DNA of 63,726 bases, counting the filler, from Choristocarpus tenellus KU-1152 (Eukaryota > Protista > Phaeophyceae), in NCBI GenBank assembly GCA_964200185.2. It is 11 parts of 11 records of this genome, joined end to end, with 100 filler letters (N's around TTAATTAATTAA, not from the genome) between each part and the next. Parts side by side here need not be neighbours in the genome. Positions count along the whole stretch, not along the records: positions 1 to 3,944 come from CAXNAD020017011.1; positions 4,045 to 9,736 come from CAXNAD020009991.1; positions 9,837 to 12,422 come from CAXNAD020026519.1; positions 12,523 to 15,233 come from CAXNAD020025406.1; 7 more parts are not named here. One strand, given 5' to 3'. Made by a program: the position numbers and the translations under genes. Below the pieces are notes generated by a model, which was not told the origin of the DNA, did no database searches, and was given only the letters and a program-made list of their open reading frames with translations. How positions within the stretch are numbered: the first letter of the stretch is position 1; the number at the start of each line of letters is the position of its first letter. This document shows positions 1 to 12,660 of the stretch, one piece after another.

Positions 1-988
1 CCACCAGTTGGTAATGGTTGCTTGCTTATCCCCCCCCTCCCCCCCCACCCCCACCCCCACCCCCACCCCCACCTCCCTGTAGTTATGCACATTTGTAGTG
101 AAGCTCACAGGGGGGGGATACCACACAATTGTGAGTGGGTGTATGTGGAGTCCATTTCATTGGAGTATCAATTGTCTCTATCATCATACATCAACAAGGT
201 CCCATTATTGACAATGTCAGAATGTTTGTTGTTTGGATGCAAAGTACGGAGTAGTAGGTACTGCCTAATCTCTCTAGTAGAAAAAATTGTAGCAGAAGTA
301 AGTGTTGCTAGCTACTCCAAAACAATTCTTAGTGGCGGGCAAGGGAGAGATACACTTGTACCGGGATTATAACAAGTATCCGAACCTTGAAGATAAGGTT
401 ATCAATATCAGATGGACAGATAGGAACTACTTGGTTTTGCACTTACGTGTGTGATAGGGACTGACACGAAAATGTTTTAACGGCCCCTTTCAGGGAACAA
501 GAACTCTCCTGATTCTGAGATACAGCTTCAGTTCAGACAATGCCAAATAGGTATAGTGAGCCTCCCTTGTCATGGAACCAGTGTGTATGGAGTTAGGCGA
601 TGAGGTAGGATATACTGGTACTGAATTGGATATACACATTTAGTTCGTATATAGGTCAGATTTCGACAAACAATACCTTCACTTCAGCACAACCTCCCTT
701 GCATGCAAAGACGGAAGGAGCCCTGTCACGCTCACCCCTGTATGACACACAATGCCTGAGGGATCCAGCCTCTCTCAGAGGGGCCTATTTGTGTTTGTTG
801 CAGAGCCTATTATTATGGTTGTAGTGTCCACGCTCTATCACTTTGAGGAAATATAGCTTCCCCCTTAGATCAAATGAGTCACTGTTCACGAATCTGGGTT
901 TTTTCACTGGTGGTTGACCTTGCACTACTCATCATGTACTCCTCAGGTTGCTGCTCCTGGACCTTGTTAGAAAGACCCACGATATTTG

Positions 989-1247
989 GAGTCAAAAGTT
1001 TCTTAGAGGGTAGAACCGCATCCGTTTAGGGGCCAAATCCAATGTTGCGATTTTGATGTAATCTTGGCTATCGTGTTTGTCAGGAAGTGTCAGTATCCTT
1101 GTTCCAGACACACCTTTTCACAACGTACACATTTTTCCTGCTCCGAAACATTTTGGAGTAGGAAAATGTCATAAAAAAAAACGTGGGAAGCCAAGCCCCA
1201 AATGGACAAACAGGGCAAAACTCGTACCCTCTAAGATACTTTCACTC
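989..1247 (+). mobile_element. MITE family A copy 1 (259 bp, Sola-like non-autonomous DNA transposon)
   Basis: Starts GAGTCAAAAGTTTCTTAGAGGGTAG and ends TACCCTCTAAGATACTTTCACTC (TIRs). Internal sequence is colinear with eight other copies. No clear TSD (TTTG/CTGA). Confidence 0.9.
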
Positions 1248-1799
1248 CTGATATCATTGTAGTAAAACAGTTAATGGATGCGTGAACACAATAGAGGCAA
1301 GCTGGAGCCATCATTCTCATCGAAAGTGTATCTTGGTTCTCGATGCATGTAATTGAGTATTAACTTGCAGTTGATCGTACATGAAGGTACAGAGATAGGT
1401 ATTTTTTTATGCCCATCACTTTCGACCCCAAAAAATTAAGAGGTAGGCAGTTTTGGACCCTTTTGCATTCTAAGCCACCTTTCTTAACATGCGCAATACA
1501 CTCACTTTATGTCATTCCTTCATGTACGCAATAGCATATGCAAAAATGATATTCCCCCTTTCCACACACAAAATTACACCATAATTCAGTGAAGGCTATT
1601 TCTGCAATCGTACATATGCCGTCCTTTTGCCCTTCCTTGGGATCCTTGGAATGCAAACTTGCATACCACTCTACTACTTGGACTCCTTAAGCTTCTTTCA
1701 TCAGCTTACCTCACCTGTTGGACCAGCTCATTTTCTGCTAAAGATGCGTGTTGTCCGCCTCTCTCATGATATTCGCTTCTTTCTATATGATTTCCAACC

Positions 1800-3430
1800 A
1801 GGACCTTGACCTCGTCGCTACTACTTCACGTATAGCGGATACTTCCAACCCGTGTATCGTTATTCGTTCTGTGGGGTTGTACGACTAGTACTTATTTTCT
1901 TTCGTCCTTCATATTACCTTGTCATGTAGAGATGAATAACGTTGCTTTAAACATATCCCAGAGGTTTTGAATCCTAGAGTCCTCCAAGTTGATACTGGTG
2001 CACACAAATTCACCAGATCTATCCCTGGAAATATTAATAATGTTGAAAAACCGAGTGCAACGTCCTTGGTTCATACTTCAAGACCCATCCATGTTAATCG
2101 TGGTTTGCTGAGATTATCCCCTTTTTATTAGATCATGCTGTCCTTGTATATGACGATTTCAACTTATTTTGCAACTCTCACTCGCGACAATGAGGAAGCA
2201 CTAACCCACCTATCCTGCTCGTAACAGAGTAATCTAGTCAATTCACATGTGCTGAATAATGATTTTGCAGCTCAAATAGTAATAACAATAATATCGTTCT
2301 CCAGTCATCGCTACGAAATATTTTGGTGTAGCGTGCCTCCTTCCAGTGTGTCTACTGCGTGTGCAACTCGTCCTTATATCCAGATAGCTCTAGCAGTCTG
2401 CTTGTTGGTCCTAAACTGTCAGGATGATTTCTATCCCCCAGTTGGTACTCGAAATAGGTTTTGCTGGCACTACATCACTCTTCTACATGGTCTGGACATT
2501 ATCTTGAGATGTATATGTGGTAGTGTGGTTAGTGTCTCGTCTCATTCGGGAAGTTGAAGTCACGTTCTCACCAATTCCTGGTGAGAAAGAAAATATCAAT
2601 GTCTTTATCCGTACCTCCAATACCAAGATCCTCTCCTTCGCTTTGAGTGGATATGTGATAGATTTTATTCTATTTTTTTAAGTTTAATATCATGCTTCTA
2701 TATATATGTGTGTGTGTATGCTACAGCGTACCCCTCAGAACTCACCTCCACAGGATATGCAACTCCAATCCAACGACCTTAAAACGACGCTGTGGGAACG
2801 TTGCTCTTGATAACAGTTTGTAGGGTGTCAGGTATCCTTCTCTCTTGATATTCCACTCAGTGCTTAGCTCAAAGCTCGACTCAAAGTTTCGTTCAAGATA
2901 GAGATAAGGACTGGTAGGTAAGAAGGTCAAGGTGTTTCACCAAAATCTCTCTTATTATTTTCATCATCCACCCAATTTCTTTGGTCTTCTATGCAACTGC
3001 TCTACCTGCACTCCAATCATAGACCTTTATTCTGCAACTTCTTAGGGACTTTGACGTTTTCTTCTGTAATGCTACGTATGCATTCCGTATCTTACTCTGT
3101 ATCTTCTATGAAATCATCATTTATTCTGTAAGAAGGCTACCTATGTGTCACTAATATCGTATATTGTTCGCACTTGTTAGAACACGAGAAACAATCCTCG
3201 CACTATACGTCTGTCACAAATGTTCGTGTTTGCCAAAACATGAGAAGAAATGCTCGCGCTATTCGCCTGTAACATACACGAATATTAGTGGTGAAGTCAG
3301 GTTTTGGTCTTAAATACATCTAAGGTTTACGTCCAGTCGCACGAACACCAGCCTTTTCCAACACTGAAACATCAGCGAGCGCGAACACCACCAGCAAAGT
3401 AATGTTTACTAACAATAATACACCCATAAT
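1800..3430 (-). mobile_element. Highly decayed LTR-retroelement-like (Copia-like) relic, approximate limits
   Basis: Stop-riddled. There is a Cys-x2-Cys knuckle-like remnant (SCISCGG near 2745-2765) and patchy similarity to 5450-6450 on the opposite strand. Family assignment is inference. Confidence 0.25.
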
Positions 3431-3944
3431 AACTTTCCTTTGAGAGGCGTAACATTACTTCTGTTATTGTGACTAGAACATGCCATTTTGAGGCGCGACA
3501 ATGTCAAAGGAACTCCCAAAAAATAATAGTGCCGGTCAAGATTTATTGCCAAACTTAGGGACACTGAAAGGGACCTAGCGAGGGGTTATTTTACACTACC
3601 TCGCGGTCTCTGTTGTTGCGATGTGAAACTTTAGACAGTTGGGGCACTCTCTCTGCTTTTTGCTTGTAACGAACATTATTCTTCTCACCACCCATTGTGA
3701 GCCATTGGATAACACCATTCAACACGAGGGGAAATGATTTCTACAAGATAATATTGGTACGTACGTATGGTAAAGATGATAGCAGGCAAGGCACCCCAGC
3801 ATTCCACCCTACTAGTGATCCTTAAGACCCGCAAGTTGGAGGACAACCAACGCAATCGTGACACCCTCTTTGTACTGTGTACTGGGCTCTGGGAGGGGGT
3901 GGCGGCTGTCCATTTGGGGTCAATTTTTGAATGTCGCGATTTTT

Positions 3945-4044
3945 NNNNNNNNNNNNNNNNNNNNNNNNNNNNNNNNNNNNNNNNNNNNTTAATTAATTAA
4001 NNNNNNNNNNNNNNNNNNNNNNNNNNNNNNNNNNNNNNNNNNNN
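3945..4044. other. Artificial contig linker (44 N + TTAATTAATTAA + 44 N); first of ten
   Basis: Identical 100-bp linkers at 3945-4044, 9737-9836, 12423-12522, 15234-15333, 32953-33052, 38896-38995, 42251-42350, 52719-52818, 55516-55615 and 60816-60915. TTAATTAATTAA gives stops in all six frames. Confidence 0.98.
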
Positions 4045-4559
4045 CAGTTGGCAGGGAGGGGGAGGGGAAGGGAGAGGGGGGGGGGGAGGGGGGGGTCGAA
4101 GGAAGTGGGGGGGATAACCTCCTGTAATTTGTGGTGATTCAACTGCCATGGCAAAGCATTCCTAATTTCCCCAGGGACAGGCTCAACTTTTCCTGGTTAA
4201 ATGTTTTTATTGGTTGCTAACCATTAAATAATAATAATGTTGTATGGTCACAGAAGGAAGAAGAGAGAGCAGGTACAAATCAGTCAAATGTTTGCAAGAA
4301 ATGAGTTAACTACTTAAACCTCTCCCCATTGACTGTCTTGAAGGTGCTCTATGCGATCAACACGTAAAGCGATCGCCCAGTCAGCCTCTTACCGCTCATT
4401 CAGTACACGGAAAAAAACTGGGCTTACTCAAGAATCAACAACCTCAATTAGGTGCCTGTTCAAATCAAGCAGAACATTCGTACCAAAGGTGGATGGGATC
4501 GATGTACGTATGTGTATGTCTTCGTTGGGATCTCCCTTAGGGAAGAAGCGGGGGTCCTA

Positions 4560-7450
4560 GATTCTCGGAACACATGTCAGAATTTACAAGTCAACATTTC
4601 TGTGTTTTTGACAGGGTTGGGGAGAATCCGTGGTTGGTGTGGGTGGTGGTAGGCTTGCGGCAAAGCACTGTGGACGCACAAAGAACGAATCATGACTGGA
4701 TGACCTTGTTTTAGTTCCGATGCGACTGGGACTATCCCCCTACCACCGCAAATAGTTGCGACAAACACAACCTAGGACGCGTTATATTGCTCAAGACAAT
4801 TGACTACAGGAAAACGGTATGTGTGAAGAATGCTGTAGGCGCAAACATAAGCGGGGACATAACTATCGATACAATGTTACTGCGGGTTATCACAGGTAAC
4901 CTCCTGCCAACAATCGGAGCATGTGGCCTTAATACCCAGACACAGCGTAGGTGTTTATTGATCGATTCAGGTTTCCAAGGTTCCGAGAAAAATAGAGGTT
5001 CAACCACTAGGGGAAGAAAGGAACGGATAAGCACGAAAGGTGTGGCAGAAGGAAAGTTGATCGCAAACAAAAAAGGTGCAAAGCAAAAGACAGCGTGAGT
5101 AATGGGACACCACAATGGATCACCCCTGCAAATCAACGCGAAGTCTCGATCGACCACCAGGTGAGATAGATAACGTGTGCCTCGTGTTACTGATATAAGT
5201 TAACCGAGACTCGATACGGGAAGAAAATATCGCTGAAGGCTATCACACAGATAGAATATGTGTTGTGTTTCCCAAGAGACGAGTAGAGATGTACCTCTAA
5301 GCCTCAACAAACTTCAGACTCTACGGCCTAACGAAGACCTGTCGACAGCGAAGATGCAGGGATGCGGACTATTGACGACCAAAACCTCACAAAAAGTGCC
5401 GATCAAGTTCATATTTCTCCATAGATTTAATTAAGGGTGCTTTGTCTTCCGCGACGCCGCGACCGTAGCCGGAATGTAGATGTGGGGACTTTTTCCACCG
5501 AAACACCGCACATACCCTTCTTCCACGAAAAGCCCCCCGCGATCACGACTTTCCGCAGAAGAACCCACCTGTAGAATGTCTCAAGCCCAGCATAGCCTGG
5601 GAGACCGTGAAGAAAGGTTTTATTGCGAAGTGTGCACTCTCGACCTTCCAACCTCGTCCCTTTTCTCGCGGGCTGCGTGTGTGAACAATGTCCCTCGTCC
5701 TCCGCTCTTCGATGGTTCCCCGTGCTATGTCCAATAATGCCTGAGACGTCCACGGATGGTCGAATGACGCTTGAGTGTAAATATTTACTTCAATAATGAG
5801 TAGTCACAGTAGTAATACAACGACAACCTGGATCATTCTTTATTCTTGCAGAATATTTGCCTGTTTCAATACCATTGTATAATTGAGAACCAAGACTCAA
5901 CACCTGAACTTTGAACCTTGATCTTTCTTTATGTGATGGGTGATTTGTGGATGAGGCTTCTCTTCCCAAAAGACAAGACCCTACCCACTGACCTTACTAG
6001 AAAGAGAAATAGTGAGAATATACATAGTGTCGATGCGCGACCATATAGTGTTCCAGTTGGTCCCGCACACAGAATCGGGGATCTTATTACGTTGTCATCG
6101 CCATTGAGGACAAAGAGAGCGAGCGCGAAACAGGAAATCCCCGTACCAGTGACGAAGACCCTAGAACCCTTGAGATACATCAATCTAATATTTGAGAGTC
6201 ACTTCGTGGATTCGATCATTCTAGAGTTTGGGATATCCTACTACCAGGGGTTACTTGTAGTGAACATCATTCGAACTTTGCGACCTCTGCCGATTCTTGC
6301 ATCCCTTGGAATTTTGGGCCCTCCCCACATCCAGAATTTTTCGTATCTTAGTAAGTCTATAAAGTAGTCACAGGACGATGATAAAGGGAACTCCCATAAC
6401 CACTCAGTGTTGGGTTTTCTATGCATATGTTGAGATGATCGAGACCCTGCAAACCACAAGGCAGGGGCAGGAACCACAGGCCTTTGTGTCCGCCCATGGG
6501 TACGGGAATCGTGGAGGATAAATAACTGGATGGATGATGGGCGTCAGGGCTTCGTTCTTGGAGCTCAATAGCTATTTGGAGTATTCACGCTCGGGTTTCT
6601 TTGGCGGCTAATGGTAGAGGATTCAACCTATATTTTAATTGTCCTCGCAATATTACTGAATCACCAGTCCAAGACCAACCAACTCAATCCTTGGTTTGTG
6701 AAGAAGATAAGATCACGACTGACCTGATATCTCGCATCACGTGACCAACACAATCGTCAAAGCTGACCACCCAAGGTGAGTCAAATCAGCGATGAAGTTT
6801 CGCCATTCTGTTCAGCTCCAGCGCTGCCATAGTGGCAAAACCACAAGAAATAAGGACGCGCGATGCCTCCTGGATTATTGTTCACCTTCTGCTCACCGAG
6901 CTCCTCGATAGATCCACTCCTCCCGCTGCTGCGAAATTGGCGTTCGCGCGTTTGCAGTTGAAGATATAGACATGGAGGAACAGTGACGTGATGGTATGTT
7001 GATTTGTGGCCAATAGTGATGATCAATCAAAGAAGTATACGTAACCTAGTTGCGCTTCACTGGTTGTTGTTACTTGTGTTCCAAAGAATAGGTGTACCTA
7101 AATTTTGCCCAGTACTCGACCTAGATTGCAATAGGGCTTGTTCACGAATCTCACGTATTTCATCAAATGTGACGACTCATTGCGCAGGTACTTACACCCC
7201 CTCACCTTTGCGCATCTCACGTGCATTATTTCCACAGACATTCCTCTCCCATGCCCTCCTTCCGTTCTCTTTCAGTCCAAATTTGAACTTTCCCTACATA
7301 CATACACACCTACGTATAGATCAGGAGGTAGAACTATGAGTCGAAGGACTTTCATTAGTAAACCTTGACAGACATATTGCAAGTAATCCGTACTTACCGT
7401 AGAAATCTATCTAGTAGTTTAGTCTGGTTTCAACTCTGAAACATAGTACA
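4560..7450 (+). mobile_element. Decayed Copia-like gag/integrase relic, approximate limits
   Basis: Two zinc-knuckle-like remnants (CRCGDFFH ~5475-5500; CRMSQAQHSLGD ~5570-5605) and an integrase-like RPLCPPMGTGIVE (~6478-6516, cf. TxPxxPxxNGxAE). Many stops and frameshifts. Confidence 0.35.
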
Positions 7451-8343
7451 CCAAATTCCGACCAACTACATAATACCCCCCTTAATAGATCTCAAGTTTG
7501 TAGGTTTTGAGGGAGAGAAGCTACCCCCCTTGCGACTCCACCAGTAGAGGACTCCAGATAAATAGGCGGGAAATTCCCATACTACTGAAGTACTACGTAT
7601 TGAGCTTCAACCTGAAAGTCCTACCTAATAAACTAAACTGTTGTTGGTGCTTTTTGGGAGGTAGAGCTTTTGGTGTTAGTTAACCCTCTTCCTGGGTATT
7701 GTAGTCGTTTTTCTTTGTGCCACTCACACACGCTCACACTTGGAGCAAATCCAGTCATCATTTGTTGTACAGGATCGGGAATATTTTGTCTTTGTGGCGC
7801 AATATTATTGTGTACAGCGTACTCTACGTTACCATTCATTGTCCCCAAGAAAAAGTATTTTTGTTTTATTATTATGTTTCCTCTTAAAGAAAGCATTGAT
7901 GGGGGTAAAGTTAGTTACATAGTTCGATTGCACAATCTGTCATTGTCACCGAACCAGAGGTCAGTATACTGCACAACATACTCCCTCCTGCTATGGACAC
8001 ACAAGAGGATGGGCACATCCAAGCGACGCCATATATTAGTCCATAACACACTCTCTTGTTTTATTTATTTTTCATTTATTTATATTTTATCAACAAACAG
8101 TAGTAGCGCGATGGGACATTGTAAAGAAGGCGAGCAAATCAAGACCTGAATTCCCTCACATGGGGCGACAGCCTTCACATACAAGTCTTACAAACAACAC
8201 CATGGCAATGTACTTCAATATACCTAATTGTTGTACAGTTACCCTGAGTGAAGTTTTATTGTAGGGAACCTTACCTCTTTTTTCGATTGGCCTCAACGCA
8301 AACCGGGAAATTTCCTGCATTCATTCTGTGAAATAGACCATGA

Positions 8344-8603
8344 GAGTCAAAGTATCTTAGAGGATAGCGCCGCGTCTGTTTGGGGTCCAAAATGCAATGT
8401 TGCGATTTTGATGGAATTTTGATTATCATATATGATAGGAAGTGTCAATATCCTTGTTCCAGACTAACCTTTTCATAACGTGTACATTTTACCTACTCCG
8501 AAATGTCTCGAAGTAGGAAAATGCCATAAAAAAAATATGGAAAGCCATGCCCCAAATGGACAAACAGGGCAAAACTCGTACCCTCTAAGACACTTTCTCT
8601 CTC
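8344..8603 (+). mobile_element. MITE family A copy 2 (260 bp), TSD ATGA
   Basis: ATGA|GAGTCAAAGTATCTTAGAGGATAG ... TACCCTCTAAGACACTTTCTCTCTC|ATGA. Confidence 0.92.
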
Positions 8604-8704
8604 ATGAAGGAATGCGGCTTGTTACGTTACGCATTTACCCCGTACGACAAAATTCATTCCAGATATACTAGATATACCCTCCACAGCTTTTTCATATTTT
8701 ATTC

Positions 8705-8845
8705 TTATGCCCTCTGACATTTTCCAAATGTGTGACGAGAAAAACTGATGAAAACTACTCACATGTCAGAAAAATCTCAAAAAAAATAACAGTTGTCATA
8801 AATGTGAAAAACATTTATCTATTTACTATTTTTCTACCACCTATG
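8705..8845 (+). repeat. Dispersed repeat starting TTATGCCCTCTGACATTTT (family D)
   Basis: The same head occurs at 9172, 23347 and 59004, and inverted at ~58830-58863. The copies at 8705 and 9172 also share a TTTCTACCAC/TTCCTACCAC motif ~115-125 bp downstream. Confidence 0.6.
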
Positions 8846-8897
8846 CTGTATGTACCAGCCTTCAACCTGGCTTATTCCTGTTACCCAGCGTGAGGAC

Positions 8898-9143
8898 CTA
8901 GGGAAGCACCCAATAATCTAACAAGCCCCTCCTTGCCCATCTCCCTGGTGTCTCCAGCTTAAAACGCATGACACGTCTAGTCAGGGTCATCTGCATTGTA
9001 ACAGAGACTACCTGTCGTAGGTGGGATTTGACCGTCTCTTTCCTGTTGTAGCCTCCAGTCCCTCTCCCCCCTACCTCGTGCGTAGCTAGCTCATCCGGGA
9101 AACCTTCCTCTTGCTTACCGAGGCGCCCAATTCTTTCCACCAT
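8898..9143 (-). mobile_element. 3' fragment of RLE-type (CRE-like) non-LTR retrotransposon
   Basis: Translation ERIGRLGKQEEGFPDELATHEVGG...VKSHLRQVVSVTMQMTLTRRVMRFKL is homologous to 11893-12130 (+). Confidence 0.7.
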
Positions 9144-9836
9144 AAATTTCTTATTCGTTGTGTTTTTATTATTATGTCCTCTGACATTTTGCAGATGTGT
9201 CGAGGGAAAAACCCAACATCATAAGAGCGGTTGTAAGAGTAGCAGACATTTGTGGTACATGTAAGAGATACCAAAAATATTTTTTATTTCCTACCACGTA
9301 CCAATCAAGGCAAAATCCCATGATGCTTTTATGTAGTGGTATTGATAGTTTTCTAGGTTGTGAGAATAATACCAATTGAATCAGTCTGATTCCATTAAGT
9401 TGCAGAATAATCAAAACCGAAAATCTTCAAACCGATTATTCGGTTATGTGTTGTTTTTCTGGAACCATTGGAGGAGATAAGAGCAAACACAGGGAGACAG
9501 ACAACCACACAAGCACCAAAAACGAACATATCTTGGACTGCATAGTAAGCCATGATGTGCTCAGGTACTCAGTGAGGGTGGGTACCTCCTACACGAGTAT
9601 ATGATGTTGACCCATCTGCCGGTTATGGTCTTCCGCATGTTGAGGATGATGGCAAAGGAAGTTGAACAGTCAGGGGGAGACGCAGAATCTCTGTGTTGGA
9701 TCAAAGTATCTTAGGGGGGGGGTGGTTTGTGAGGGGNNNNNNNNNNNNNNNNNNNNNNNNNNNNNNNNNNNNNNNNNNNNTTAATTAATTAANNNNNNNN
9801 NNNNNNNNNNNNNNNNNNNNNNNNNNNNNNNNNNNN

Positions 9837-12135
9837 GGTCATGAGTGGGGTTACCTACCCAAGCCACTCCAGCCCCAGCTGCACCTCCTCTAGTTAGAGT
9901 ATGTTTGAATGATACTTAAGCGTGTTGAAATAGCTTTGAAGAGGAAAGGCCCCGCTGGACGGCCAGGAGCCCAACAGGGTGACCTACTAGGCCCCACCTT
10001 GTTCTGCCTTGTCACCCCTAAGACCCTCAAGGACATCCAGACAACTTTTGGCCCCTACAGAGTCTCATTCAGAACTTGTTGACACATCCATTTCATGCTA
10101 CAGGAAGGATTGGTTCTTCTGCAACCGCATAAGGGCTTTTCACCACCTCAAGACAGACCTGAATATGGGGGGGAACCTCCTCCTAGAGAAGGCACACGCA
10201 TCTCCCCCTCAGGGTCACCTGGCCCTCCAGTCCGAGTTGGACTTCTTAATTAGCCACAGCAGGCATCAGCCTTCTCCCAGACTCGGATAGTTCGGTGACC
10301 CCTTATTGGCACTGATGCCTTTAACCAAAGCTCACATGCCAGGAGTACTAGGGAGCTGTGGGTGTTGGATCTAGCCGCACATATCATAGAGATGGAGGAT
10401 AAACAAGTGGCATGTTACTCCTCAATGCCTGGCCCCGCCCTCCCTGGCTAAGCTAAATGGCAAGGGTCACTCCACCACGATTATCCAACCCAACCACGCA
10501 GCAAACTAGTCACACTTCTCTGTGGACTCTGTAGAGGATGGTGGAGGTGACTGAATCCACTGAAGCCATTGCATTTTTTGAAGGGAGGGCGTGACGGTAG
10601 GTCTCTCCGCTTGGAAATACACCAGAGTGGAAGTATCTTAGAGGGTACGAATTTTGCGCTGTTTGTCCATTTGGGGCTTGGTTTCCATTGGGGTTCGTAT
10701 GACATTTTCCTACTCGAAAAAAAATCAGAGCAGGTAAAATGTAAATGTTATGAAAAGGTGTGTCCAGAACAAGGATGTTGGCACTTCCTAACAAACACGA
10801 TAGACAAAATTACATCGAAATCGCAACATTGGATTTTGGCCCCCAAATAGACGCGGCTCTACCCTCTAAGATACTTTGACTCACCAGTAGGTCCAGGTCC
10901 AGATACCAACCAATGCAGGTGGCCCAGGTCTCTCTGCTATGATCCACCGTCAGCATACTTTGTAGGTTCAATAGCAGCCATCCTCCCCTCCTTTCACGTC
11001 AATAAGGATTCCCTGGTGAGGAATGGGCTGCCGCCATCTGCTCCAGCCCTATCGTATTCGCCCTAGGAGCTTCTATCTCAGCAATCCTTTCTACAGGAGT
11101 CCCTGTGGAGGACCTGGCTACGCTCGTTTGCCAGGGTTGGGTAGACTGGGGGGTCACCTCCAGTGCAACCCCCAGAGGTCCCATATCCTGCCCACACATG
11201 ATACACAAGTGCAACATGAGATCACTCGTCTTCTTAACTGATTTTGCTTAGATTCCTCCTGCTCCCACCTGGCAAACCTCCCTGCAGACCCCAGACATGG
11301 ATAGGAGACTTCTCAACAGTGACTTCAGCTCGGCTTAGGAGTCAATGTGGGCGAGGGGTCAATGCTTGAGAAACCACCCAACCTCTTGAGCTCGAGCCAG
11401 CAAGGCGGATACCTTCCCTAAAAGTTTAACTCAAAGTGAACTGATTTTCAGGGGTAGAGGAGGCACTACCCAATTTCTGCCCAGTGGATGGAAGTAGGAG
11501 ATATGGGCAGACACTGGTCATGCACGCTCATCCCCAGGGCTGGAGGACAAGTACAGCAGCACTCGTCAATGGTCCTGCAAACTGGGCAGCATTTGCAAGC
11601 AGATGGGTGTCCCTTATACCATGGATAATGGAAGTCACTTAACCATTAACTGCAATTTCCGTATGGATGCGGCATTCCATGTGGAGACCATCTCTAACAC
11701 AGTCACTGTCCCTTACCGGGAAAAGAAAGGATTTACCTCTGGATGTGGCCTTCGCTGATGTTCAAACGAACTGTAACCTTTGACCATCATCAGTCAATAT
11801 TGGTGTTCCTGCTGCCGCAGATGAGGTCAAAAAATAAATCAACATACATACCTGGTAGTTTAATCCCCACTCAGTAACTTCACGAAGGATAGCTTCGAGT
11901 GCCTAGGCACACAAGCAGAGAGCGATTCCTGGATGAGCTGGCAACTCATGTTGTGTGTGGTATGGGGACTTAGAACTTTAGTCGGAAGGGAGCAGTGAAG
12001 GCATTCCTGCGACAGATTGTGTCATTAACTGCTCAAATAGCTATCTCCAGAAGTATAATGCGTTTCAAACTGTAGACACTGGGGCTGTGGGCATAGGGGG
12101 ACTTGACTGACTCGTGGGATTCTTCTCATTCTTCT
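9837..12135 (+). mobile_element. Degenerate RLE-type (CRE-like) non-LTR retrotransposon, 3' half
   Basis: Colinear remnants: PxIGTDAF post-RT motif (~10280-10322), a CCHC-like HARS..RAGGQVQQH (~11518-11562), RLE-like FRMD...LDVAFAD (~11658-11760), and C-terminal FLDELATHVV..VKAFLRQIVSLTAQIAISRSIMRFKL. Interrupted by a MITE at 10625-10882. Confidence 0.7.
10625..10882 (-). mobile_element. MITE family A copy 3 (258 bp), TSD ACCA
   Basis: ACCA|GAGTGGAAGTATCTTAGAGGGTAC ... TACCCTCTAAGATACTTTGACTC|ACCA; reverse orientation. Confidence 0.95.
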
Positions 12136-12157
12136 TGCCAACCTTCATAGAAGTTGA

Positions 12158-12326
12158 GGTTCAAAGTATCTGGGGGGGGGGTGGCGGCTGTCCATTTCTT
12201 CATGTCGCGATTTTTTGGTGATTTGGTGGCATGCGTCGAATCGATAATGTAAGTGCACTTTTCCCGATTTTGGTCCAAATGGACACCCTGGTGTAGACCG
12301 CCCCGCCCCCCCGAATACTTTGGGTC
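12158..12326 (+). mobile_element. MITE family B (G-rich sibling), complete 169-bp copy
   Basis: GGTTCAAAGTATCTGGGGGGG ... CCCCCCGAATACTTTGGGTC termini. Shares sub-terminal GTCCATTT/AAATGGAC and TGTCGCGATTTT with family A. Truncated copies at ~3888, 9698, ~12363, 32885, 38784 and 55435 run into gaps. Confidence 0.8.
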
Positions 12327-12660
12327 TGATGTCGTTCCAGGAGCAGTTTCAATTGTAAGGTAGCTAGGGGGAGGTGTTGGCGTCTGTTTTTCACCCTTTT
12401 TCGATTTTCTTTTTCGATTTTCNNNNNNNNNNNNNNNNNNNNNNNNNNNNNNNNNNNNNNNNNNNNTTAATTAATTAANNNNNNNNNNNNNNNNNNNNNN
12501 NNNNNNNNNNNNNNNNNNNNNNTTACCATGCGTAAATATATACAGAATTAGAGATCCGCTGCTGGCATACGATCCCTCTAGGATTCCATCCCCCGTCCCT
12601 TGTATCCACCTCCAACACATCTCCCATCCATTTATATACATACGTGCGCTACTACAACAG

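Noticed and set aside
22-372. ORF with PHPHPH repeat
   Set aside because: Translation of a (CCCCCA)n low-complexity tract; non-ATG start and no domain.
1077-1262. Family of similar short ORFs (GSVSILVPDTPFHN...PKWTNRAK) at 1077, 8480, 10510, 19997, 28189 and 60445
   Set aside because: These are chance translations of the MITE. Frames differ between copies and indels are not multiples of three.
3989-4000. Recurrent TTAATTAATTAA palindrome and ORFs ending ...XXXLIN
   Set aside because: Artificial six-frame-stop linker inside N runs; not biological.
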